A stretch of DNA of 46,730 bases, filler included, from Salisapilia sapeloensis CBS 127946 (taxonomy: Eukaryota; Protista; Oomycota), in the NCBI GenBank assembly GCA_023334545.1. It is 6 parts of 6 records of this genome, joined end to end, with 100 filler letters (N's around TTAATTAATTAA, not from the genome) between each part and the next. Parts side by side here need not be neighbours in the genome. Positions count along the whole stretch, not along the records: positions 26,635 to 39,698 come from JAADVB010000400.1; positions 39,799 to 41,038 come from JAADVB010001235.1; positions 41,139 to 46,730 come from JAADVB010000606.1; 3 more parts are not named here. One strand, 5' to 3'. Shown here one piece after another: positions 36,459-46,730 of the stretch (within the stretch, counting starts at the first letter, position 1; every line of letters begins with the position of its first letter). The notes under the pieces were generated by a model. It was not told where the DNA came from. It made no database searches and was given only the letters and a program-made list of their open reading frames with translations. A program made the translations under genes and the position numbers.

Positions 36459-37989
36459 ATGCGTAAATATCGACTTATTGCGAAAAAAGGAGAGGGGACC
36501 TTTTCCGAGGTCCTGAAGGCGCAAAATGTGAAAGATGCCAAGTACCATGCAATTAAATGTATGAAGAACCACTTCGAGAGCATTGACCAAGTCAACAACT
36601 TACGCGAGATCCAAGCTTTACGTCGACTGTCACCCCATGACCACGTCGTGAAACTCGAAGAAGTTTTATACGACCAACCATCAGGGAGACTGGCGCTCGT
36701 ATTTGAGCTCATGGATGCCAATTTATACGAGCTCATTCGTGGACGAAGACATTACCTCAAGCCAGATCTCATCAGATCACTCATGTATCAGCTTGTTAAA
36801 TCGCTCGATCATATGCATGCAAAAGGCATTTTTCATCGTGACATTAAACCCGAAAATATCTTAGTGGAGGAGTCGGATAAAGTAAAACTGAAACTAGCAG
36901 ACTTTGGGTCGTGTAGAGGAATATACTCGAAGCAACCGTACACAGAGTATATCTCCACTCGATGGTACCGAGCCCCCGAGTGTTTACTTACGGACGGGTA
37001 TTATGGGCCTGAAATGGACATTTGGGGCGTTGGATGTGTCTTCTTTGAAATCACTTCACTCTATCCACTTTTCCCAGGCTCCAATGAACTGGATCAAATT
37101 CACCGAATTCACAAAATACTCGGAACGCCATCCCCTGAGCTAGTCCAAGTATTTCAGCGACGAGGCGCTGCACACGTGGATTTTAACTTTCCAACAGAAG
37201 ATGGCACGACACTTCTCAAGCTAATACCGCACGCTTCACCGAAAGCACTCGATTTGATGGGGAAAATGCTTGCTTACGATCCCGCCAAGCGTCTAAGTGC
37301 AAAAGATGCACTACGCCATGAATACTTCCGAGAAATGCGAGAAATGGAAGGGTCAGGAAATGAAAATGCTGTGCAAAAAGCATCAACAACGCATCTAAAA
37401 GGTAATAAATGGAAGCAAGCGGACACCGAGACATCCCACCCTCTACCGACGATTTCGAAAGGGCAAGTTTGCTGACATTGGACATATATGTATGCAATTG
37501 ATAGTCTAATGACGATTGCACCATAGACAAACTTCGACTAAAGATAGCAAAGGAGCTGCGGCTGACCAAACAGAAGAGCTTCCTCAGCTTCCGTCAGTAC
37601 AGAAACCGGGTATAAATCGAGGCAAATATAACGCTTCAAGCTTGCAAAAGCATGGTGCAGCAAATGCAGCTCCTTCTGCTGCTACGACCTCAAAAGTCTC
37701 AACGCTACAAGGCAACGCAGGGGGTCGAAGTGTCCGAAAAAAGTATGAAAGTACTGATAGTACAAGCAACATGAATACTAACAGAGGCCGCCGAAATGCA
37801 CCAACACATCAAGCCACACAACGTCGGAATCCGTTAAGAGGAACAAAACTGAAAAAGCAAGGGGCTTCATCCACGACATCTTCTGTGGCAGATCTTGCAA
37901 TCGGTAATATGAATTCGTGTTTATACATCAGCCAAAGCAATCATTGACTAAGTCTCTTACGAGTAGCTTCTAACAGAACTTACAAGTAG
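36459..37989 (+). CDS. MOK: MAPK/MAK/MRK-overlapping kinase (MOK/RAGE-1-like)
   Basis: MRKYRLIAKKGEGTFSEVLKAQ, LREIQALRRL, HRDIKPEN, DFGSCRGIYSKQPYTEYISTRWYRAPE (TEY loop). The low-complexity tail lies after an intron at ~37463-37526. The 3' end is tentative (37947 or 37989). Confidence 0.92.
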
Positions 37990-39698
37990 CAAGCAGTAAT
38001 AAGATGCATATGAAAGTTTATTGATTCCAAGTTTATGGAATACCAAACTTATTAATTGTTTCTGCTGCTTCCGAACTTTATCAAAAGACAAAAGTAGTAG
38101 CGAATGATTTTGAATATTCTTGAGTCGATCAATACTTGTTTGTACATGTTACAAGCGTAGAACGACTTTCAGCGATTCCTCTAACAAGTATCGGGTTTCG
38201 TACGAATCATTTGCCACAATCCGTCATGTATATCTTGGCATCCCCCAAATTCATAAACTGTGAAAAGATTGTAGCACATATATGCCACTGCGGTAGTGGT
38301 GAAATGCGCATAATTGCATAATTGCTTGTGATTCATCATTTTTACCTGTGTCTCATCGCGAATGGCTACACTTTATTCCTTCGTTAAAAGTATACATCGC
38401 TCGAACCTTGTGCCGATCCAGCACATGTGCTAGTACAGCATTAATTTAAACTACTTGGGATGTATTGTGGAATATCTAGGCCGTCCTCGGTACTGTAGAA
38501 AACTATCAAAGTCTCATTACTTCTCGAGGTTGCTACTCTCATATATTTGGACAATTCAGACTCAAATTGAACCATCAAGGATAATTCCTGGATTTCATCA
38601 AGTGGATCGAAACGTTCCATTAGGGGGAGGCAAAGTAGTCAAAAATCGTCTTAGAAGTTCATGTCTTGAGCACTGACGATTTCGTCGTTCGATTCTTATA
38701 TTGGTTCGTCCTACAATCCAAGTCACTTATCAAGGGAGGTAGCTGATATGAACATATCGGATGTTGATCATCTAAGTGGTCCGATAATTCTGCAGGTCAT
38801 TGAAGATATCCATGGGCACAGGTTACTAAAAACTTGAATTGAATTTGTTAGTTTAGACAGCTAACTACTCCCGAGGTTACTGAAAACTTCTGTGCGGTCT
38901 TCAAACTTTGAGTCCCCCTATGTAGCACATGCACTTCTTTTCTCTTGGCTACTTTAATAATTGAATTGCCTCGAGAGGTCCCAAAGAATTCAGACATGAG
39001 TCCGGTCTGCGCCGTCTTGCCTTACGCCAAATAGATTTGCTTCTTTATGACCTCCACGAAGAAATGTTTTATATTTACATTTGGGCTCCCACAAGGTAAT
39101 TTTTAGACTTTCCTGTAATTAAAGCTGTTGCTTTGAGCGGCGTTGGGTGTAGTTATTCAACATAACTTCATAAATAAATAATCTGTATTTGCATTGATGC
39201 TGTCTTCATAAATTCTTCGGTTCGGTTCAACTGCAGGTGTAGACGTTCGACGCTAATATTTACTAGACTGCTCAACTATATACAACAGACCATGTTGCGA
39301 CTCGAAGCAAATCGTCAGTAGTACCCAGATAAATCAAGTAGACTATAGAAAGATAGACGTATAATAATCAGGTCCTGGTTAAAGGGCGCAAATGAGGTCA
39401 GTCGTCCAAGTACCTGCCAGCTGAGCAATCATTCTTCCATCTTTTGGCAAGTACTTTCTGCTTGAGCATCTCATCTTGACGTACTGGATGTGGATGAGCT
39501 CGGTATCGAGGCTCAATCACTGGACGCAGCACTAAATATGTGCACAAAGTACGTGAGGGCGAGTTCTTTCGCTCTACATACTTCACGAGTGAAGTCGCGC
39601 TTTGACTGGCATCATTGATCGCCCGTACGTCTCGTCTGTCATCAGATAGTTTGATCATCCTATCACTTCATCCAACTTGCCGGTTACCTTAAACACGC

Positions 39699-39798
39699 NN
39701 NNNNNNNNNNNNNNNNNNNNNNNNNNNNNNNNNNNNNNNNNNTTAATTAATTAANNNNNNNNNNNNNNNNNNNNNNNNNNNNNNNNNNNNNNNNNNNN
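39699..39798. other. Assembly gap / artificial contig linker
   Basis: N44-TTAATTAATTAA-N44. Confidence 0.99.
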
Positions 39799-41038
39799 CC
39801 GGTGATCAAGGCTTTTGGTATCATCAAGAAGACTGCGGCGAGGTACAACATGCAGCAGGGCAAGATGGACAAGGCGGTGGCCGAAGGCATCATGCGCGCC
39901 GCCGATGACGTGATCAGCGGAGAGCTGGATGACCACTTCCCGCTCGTAGTCTTCCAGACTGGGTCCGGCACGCAGTCCAACATGAACGCGAACGAGGTGA
40001 TTTCGAACCGAGCCATCGAGTACAGCGGAGGCAAGCTCGGTAGCAAGACGCCGGTGCACCCGAACGACCACGTGAACATGGGTCAGTCGTCCAACGACTC
40101 GTTCCCGACCGCCATGCACATTGCTGCCGTGCAGGAGATCCACGAGATCCTCCTTCCTGGCCTCAAGAAGCTCCACAGCGCTCTCGACGCCAAGGTGAAG
40201 GAGTTCGACGACATCATCAAGATCGGCCGAACGCACACGCAGGACGCGACGCCGCTGACGCTCGGCCAGGAGTTCTCTGGCTACCGAGAGGTACTTTAGC
40301 GTATATTCTACTTTTGGGTTTCTAGCTGACGATGGTTGGACTGCAGCAAGTGGCGTTGGGCATTGACCGGGTGGAGAAATGTCTGCCGAACCTCTACAAG
40401 CTGGCGCTCGGAGGCACTGCCGTCGGCACGGGCCTTAACACTGCCAAGGGATACGACGCTGCTATTGCCAAGATGATTGCGGAAGAGACCGGACTGCCGT
40501 TCGTGACGGCTCCGAACAAGTTCGAGGCTCTGGCCGCTCACGACGCCGTGGTGGAAGCCAGTGGAGTGATGAACACGGTCGCCACGTCTCTCATGAAGGT
40601 GGCGAACGACGTCCGGTTCCTCGGCTCTGGACCTCGCAGCGGACTAGGAGAGCTCACACTTCCTGCGAACGAGCCGGGGTCGAGCATCATGCCTGGCAAG
40701 GTGAACCCGACGCAGTGTGAGGCGCTGACGATGGTGTGCGCTCAGGTGATGGGCAACCACGTGGCCGTGACGGTCGGCGGTGCCACCGGACACTTTGAGC
40801 TGAACGTCTTCAAGCCTGTGATGATCTCCAACCTCCTCAGCTCTATCCGTCTGCTCGGAGACTCCGCCGCGGCCTTCACGGACAACTGCGTCGTGGGCAT
40901 CGAGGCGAACAAGGACAAGATCGACCAGCTCATGAAGAACTCGCTCATGCTCGTGACTGCCTTGAACCCTCACATTGGCTACGACAACGCGTCCAAGGTC
41001 GCTAAGAAGGCACACGCGGACGGCACGACGCTCAAGGA
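39799..41038 (+). CDS. fumC: Class II fumarate hydratase, internal fragment truncated by gaps at both ends, one intron
   Basis: [40 protein letters not shown] and the [15 protein letters not shown] signature. GT-AG intron 40291-40346 gives SGYRE|QVALG. Confidence 0.97.
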
Positions 41039-41138
41039 NNNNNNNNNNNNNNNNNNNNNNNNNNNNNNNNNNNNNNNNNNNNTTAATTAATTAANNNNNN
41101 NNNNNNNNNNNNNNNNNNNNNNNNNNNNNNNNNNNNNN
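41039..41138. other. Assembly gap / artificial contig linker
   Basis: N44-TTAATTAATTAA-N44. Confidence 0.99.
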
Positions 41139-42737
41139 CTAATTTCGGCATGGATTGATAGAGCGCACTCCAAAGCGTATCATGGGATGATCCAGGGGCT
41201 CTACATGTCATCCCTTGCCTCATGAGAGCTCGCTGAAAACCCCATCCGTCCTTTCAAGTATCTCCACTTGAAGTTTGTAGGAACACACCTCAAGCTTGAA
41301 CGCGAAAGGTCAGAGCATCGGAAGTGGAAGCTCACGAGTAGATTGACGACAGAGCGAGTACGTATAGCGTGCTTTTGACACCCTCGGAGAAATATACAAT
41401 AGCTATTTTATGCTATCTACTTGTTGACGACTTGAGATCAGTCTCGCAATATCCTCTTCGTCCCGGAGGAGGTCGTGTTGTACGGCTAGGACCTCGTTCA
41501 CCGCGGCGTTCACATCGCCCACGCAACGTGAAGACTCGCTGAAGGTTTCTATTTCTTGTATTGGACTCCACTTAATGGCAATAACATCCGTCACGCTCAA
41601 GACGACAATTCCTCCGTCTTTATAAATACCCGCTCTAGCTTCTCATCGAATGCGGAAGCCAGGACGATCTGGAATTTCGTCTTCAGCGCGTATACGTCAT
41701 TGAGCTATTTTGCGGTTGTTTGACCAATGCCCTGCATATACATAACGCACCAATCTCGAAGGCGTCGCTCAAAGACATTTCTGCATGTACCCGAATGTCG
41801 ACAGCATGTCTGTTTAAGAATACATTTCCATCTACTTTCCTCGAGAGATAATTAGTATATAAGTGTATAGATTGGTCTTCGGACTCGCATCAGAAATTGT
41901 TTTGGCCGCAAATTTGGTGAGGAACGTGAGGTTGTCCTCAGAAAAGAATAAATTATTTATTATTCAAATAATTGATTTAAATATTTTCTGATGTTTATTT
42001 GTTTACTGTGCGCCACTTTTGTGTATTGAGATGAAGAAACTAAGTGTACGAGCGCTACCATCATAACTGCATCATGCGAATACCCATGAACCTTTTGCTC
42101 GATGAATATAGCCTCTGCACTAGTAAGCTCAAGTCAATTTTTATTAAAGCAGCGTTGAATTGCTTCTTAATTGTGTATTTATGATCAAACAGATATAGTA
42201 GTCTTCTATCATTAAATACAGACATGTAAATGCTCGGGAAGGGTAATGCAGGTGGTAGTAGTTAGACATCCCTAGAGCTGTATTCAGATTTCCAAAGTAT
42301 GCCTCACGTAGCGTCTTTAACAACAGCTCACATAATTTCCTCATCCTTTGTAGCTATTCATCGTAGCATCGGTATCATATTTGATAGCCTCATTCATTGT
42401 TTCCTACAGCTAAAATGCATCAGATACGCTTTTGAGACGAAGTTGTTTATACTACAGCAACCGATACATGAATCATGTACAAGTAATCAATCTGAAAGCT
42501 GTCCAAGTGTCTTCAGCGTGAAAAAATCAATTTTACATGGTACTTGCCATTTGATTAAGAGGAAGCTTGCCACTACGGACTTCATCGCTCTTATTACACT
42601 TCAAGTTTGTCTTAATGTATTTATCAAACAAAATTAATCGTAAACGGTTGCAAAGTAAAAATAGAGCATGCAGAGACCACGCTCGGAGAGCAAGCTTTGC
42701 TTTTCACCATCGGGGCGAAAGAGCAACTACAGCTACG

Positions 42738-44366
42738 ATGTATCTGAAGGATTACAACGTCCGAGAACGACTCCAGTAAGTGGTTTTTCCATTTTATCAA
42801 AGAATTCGGGTCATTGGGTAGTAGAAACCGAGGGTTAAGCGTGACTTCCTTGGACCAGAAGAAAATTTAATTTATCATGATGTGGTGATAAACTCTTCCG
42901 TGGTCAGGTTGCCACCATCACCACCTCGCTCTACGATATCAGATCCTGGGTTTCCGTTAGATTACAGTAGAAGGGATAGGAAGAGGTCCGATGGACCAAC
43001 CACTGCTATTATCGACTCTGAATACGAACTGGAAGACGAACAGAGTCAGGAGGACTTTGCAGACGGACGGTGCAACCAAAATACTGATTTTGGCTCGCAA
43101 GATGTACCTTTAAGCTCGGATACTCAAGACGAAGACATGGACTATCAATTGTTCATGGAGGCGCGTCATCGTTTGGAAAAAGAAAGTAGTGATAGAGAAA
43201 GAGTTCGTAAAGATTTGGAGTCATACGTGACCTCTTTATCTGAAAAAATAGATGAGAGTGGCGAGCCTCTTGTATTAGTGCCATCCAATTTCGACAAGGT
43301 TGTCTCTTTGATGACCCGAAAGGATATGGAAGTGGATACAGCCGAGGATAAGAAATCAAAAAGCTGGACACGCGTGTTATTCGACACAGCCTTAGCTAAA
43401 CAAAAGACAGACTGTGGAGAAACTGATAATGAAGATGCATCGAATGACCTGGAGACGAAAATTGCATATAAGATGGCTCGTATTCGGCAACTCGATGTGG
43501 TTTTAGAGGAAAAGCTTGGTGAAGACATTTACGCCAGTGGTCGCACACTAGTCAAGAAAAGCAGAGCTAGCGATACTCAAAATCGTACAGAAGAAACCGA
43601 CTGCACGAAGACGTTTATGACCCAACTGTCGTCGCTGAGTCTTGCAAATCAAGATATAGCTAGCAGCGCAAATGTGACCCAAACGGATGAGTCTATGACT
43701 AGTGCTCGCTCGAGTGTATCGCGCAGGAGCAATAGCTCGACCAAATCGAAGCGAATTAACAAGAACCAACATTTTGTGGAGAGAAACAAGCAATTGGTCC
43801 AGGAAGGCGTAAAAGGGAATTTGACAAAAGGCGAAGAAGCACGTTTATCAACCTTACTAGAACAGGAGGACACGGATCATATTTCTCAGGAGAAAGAGTA
43901 CACATTGGATGATAAAAACAGCAAGTCCATCCAAGCACTCCTTGATAAAGCTCCCAATTACATGAACACGAACTATGAAGAAGATGATGATGGACATAGC
44001 ACAGTAGCGTCGATACCATTATCTGAACAATATCATAGCTACTCCCATCGGAAGCAACTAGCGATGGTCGATGCTGAGCTCAAACGTTTGCAAGAGAACG
44101 ACATGATTGTCATCGTGCCAGACGAAGGTGGCGCGGAAGAAGACGATACAGCAAGTGTCCAGTCATATCAGACAACGACGTCCATCTTTTCCAACTGCTC
44201 CAGTATCTCTGGAGTCATTTCACGTCGGTACTTGAATCAATATATTGCAAAGGAAGTGGCACAAGAGAAAGAAGGGGCTACACTTGCTTCACAGGACGAG
44301 ATCAAGCAATTGTTAGCAACCTTATCGCGTAATGTGGAGACACCAAAGACTGTAGGCGCTGCGTAG
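42738..44366 (+). CDS. Fibrous-sheath-interacting protein 1-like coiled-coil protein, 2 exons
   Basis: KMARIRQLDVVLEEK, QHFVERNKQLVQEG...EEARLSTLL and QLAMVDAELKRLQ recall FSIP1 conserved blocks from memory. Intron 42776-42907 joins MYLKDYNVRERLQ to LPPSPP in frame. Confidence 0.6.
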
Positions 44367-44415
44367 ATGCTTTGTATTGCTAGTTCTAAGAAGAGAATGT
44401 CTATTCCTTTGTTTC

Positions 44416-45183
44416 TTATGCGTTTGTCCATCTTGTACCAAAAGGTTGGAAATGAACTTTTCGAAGAGATGATATGTTTTCATTGTATTGGATGTCCACT
44501 TCAAGTCGATCTTGGGGGATACTGTCGTTGCTAAAGCGATTGGACCATTCGACTAAGCTGACGCCTATCAACATTATATGAGCTTTTGTTTGTATACATA
44601 ATATGTATGCTGGTCTAGGAACCTGTTTGGAACGCATCTTCTAATCCTAGTGCAGCTTTGTCTTGTTCTGATACTGAGTCAAGTCGATAGAGGTCCACAT
44701 GATACAATCTACCGATCGTATCACCATCAGCTTTGATCATGATAATGAGCATTGAAGTCAAAGCTATACGTCTTCGATTCCGTAGATTGGATTGTGGGTA
44801 TGTCATAGGTATTGACTAGCAAATAGGACGGAGAAGTGACGAGCAGCTTTGGATCGCTAGTCAAGGCTCGGATAAACCCACGAGCAAAGCACGTTTTGCC
44901 ACATCCTAGGTCGCTTTAGGTAAAAGTATGTTAGTGCCAACTGAAATTGATGTGGGATAATGAGTGAATACCCTTGCAGGAATATGACGTCGCCAGGTCG
45001 TGGCTGTCTTGATCGAGCTACTAGTTCGCCCAATTGCTCCATCTCTTCTTGAGTCTGAATGTCATATTGTTGATTCAGATCAAGTGAACCACATTTCACT
45101 GAGTATTGCAGCTGTTGCTGTGACAATGTAGCGCGATGAGGATGCAATAGACGCTTGGATAAGCCCGATACTGCCCTGCGCAT
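44416..45183 (-). CDS. tsaE: tRNA t6A biosynthesis ATPase TsaE (YjeE) with N-terminal targeting-like peptide, 4 exons
   Basis: Spliced translation gives QEEMEQLGELVA...PGDVIFLQGDLGCGKTCFARGFIRAL...VTSPSYLLVNTY...LYHVDLYRL...GVSLVEWS, ending at TAA 44416. Confidence 0.92.
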
Positions 45184-46730
45184 TTTCGTTGACAAAGTTG
45201 TTGTCAGCTAAATTGACCTTTGTGGTTAAATTTACTCCTCGGCTTTCAAGTGAAGTGAGCCTCACGAGATAGCAATTTAGAGCATTTGCCTGAAACTGTG
45301 GCTGGCAACTTCGACATGTAGGCCCGAAGGAAGGAGTTTAAAATGCCACAAAAGATTCCAACGAGATCCTTGGTTTAGCACAGTGAAATGCTGTTTTTTG
45401 GATCTGAATATACAATGAAGTAGAGCGAATTGGTACTACTATCGAATTTCAACTGATCTGCTAAAGCACTACTGTAGATGAATTTCAAGCATGCTTTGTT
45501 TGCCATGATCGAACAAGCAGTGATTTACATTATAATGTTTTATGTTGTTGCCTTTTATATTCCCTTTATCTGTCAAGGATTCTTTGCCTTGATTGAGCCA
45601 CTCTTGCGATCATAGCTAGTGAATTACTAAGAAAGAGAAGTGGGTATTCGAATATATACGTCAATCAAGTGGACTTAGCTCGTAAGACTATTTGATATAT
45701 GAGTGACTTGTATTGGCGGGTAGTTCTCAGTCTTGAGCGTCTTCTCCTTCGATGCTCTTGGGTTTGACATCCAGCGTATGGTCCAAGGTTTCAGCACGTT
45801 CTAGATGCATTGTATAGTCCTGGGATTCTACCAAGACATAGGCAAAAATCCTTTTGTGTATGTAAGAGAGGGACTTAGATTTTTGTGGATCTTCGAGCAT
45901 GGGCTCTTATGAATTAATCGATAGGTTTCCAGCACGATTTTCGTTACTTCTAGAAAATACTCGGATTTGTGATAAGACAGGGTTGTACGAACAACTAAGG
46001 TTTGGAAAATAATCATGCAGAATGGATAGATGTTTGTATTTTTGATCCCATCCATGATGGTACCAAAGTTTATTGATGGTGATTCTCCTCAAGCTACTTA
46101 GCCGAGTTGTGCCTATAAATAAATTTTTCTTGACAATTAGTCATACCACATCCTACAGCTTAACAAAGATTAAGATATGAAGCTTGTCAGTTACAAACTA
46201 GTTCTACGTGATTGAGAAAAGATTTTCAGTATTAGACCAGCGGCACATTTCCGTTCTGGATAATAGTTAGGTCGTGTGCGCGCTAAATACCTATTCAGCA
46301 ACATTGGGGTTTCGCATGTTGTCGTTCTATTCGTTATAAATAAATTGGAAAGCTCTGTGTTCGCTGAGAATTGGCGATTCAAAGTAGCTACATGGTATGG
46401 AAACCTAAAGCAGCACTTCGATACAACTTTCTCCCACTATATCAAATGCATAAGCGAGTGTTCTGTACTGCGAACGGAGATGCAAATTCATATTCGTGGT
46501 CTATCTCTGTTCTCGTCTTTAATGCAATCAGGAGAAATCGATCTTCGAGACACTCCAAGTCACGCCTATTGCTCGAAATGTGCGCATTTGACAAAGCGTG
46601 CGAAACAGTCGCTCGACTTGATGAGCTCTTCGCTTTATTTGCGCTAGAGAGCGCTTCGCTATTATTTCGGAGCAGGCACAGTACAGTGGTGGACGGAATA
46701 AGTAAGCGATATTTGCGATTCGCACTGTAG

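Noticed and set aside
39398-39658. Possible Gypsy RT N-terminus (YRAHPHPV...EMLKQKV)
   Set aside because: No downstream RT motifs (YxDD etc.) were found. A GVRQ near 39030 also lacks the non-LTR GDPLSP context.
39799-41038. Bacterial contaminant or recent bacterial HGT of fumC
   Set aside because: It contains a GT-AG intron with an in-frame stop whose removal restores the conserved protein.

Overview
Eukaryotic, gene-dense window, most consistent with a flagellated oomycete or related stramenopile. This rests on short ~55-75 bp GT-AG introns with CTRAY-like branch sites, START-FYVE, YrhK-repeat and Tudor families typical of oomycetes, ciliary genes and AGCCAATCA promoter boxes. It is six contigs joined by five artificial 100-bp linkers (N44-TTAATTAATTAA-N44), so adjacency across gaps is unproven. 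About 20 genes are recognisable: separase, PPCDC, LipB, GCP3, Bax inhibitor-1, eL42, an ICL/PEP-mutase-family lyase, DUS2, DRC8, MOK kinase, fumarase, an FSIP1-like protein, TsaE, a Calx-beta/TNFR-Cys secreted protein, an ARM-fused lysine methyltransferase and a CENP-B-type HTH protein, among others. Decayed elements are a Crypton (tyrosine recombinase) fossil, a Harbinger-type Myb/SANT remnant and a frameshifted trypsin-fold gene resembling glucanase-inhibitor proteins (GIPs). A START-FYVE gene carries a single in-frame TAA. No rRNA, tRNA or CRISPR features were recognised. I see no clear multi-gene novel system. The best leads are single-gene oddities: bacterial-type TsaE with a targeting peptide, DUS2 with a zinc finger in place of the dsRBD, the Calx-beta/TNFR chimera, the CENP-B HTH gene head-to-head with GCP3, and the GIP-like pseudogene. 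All identifications are by eye from motif recall; no searches were run.
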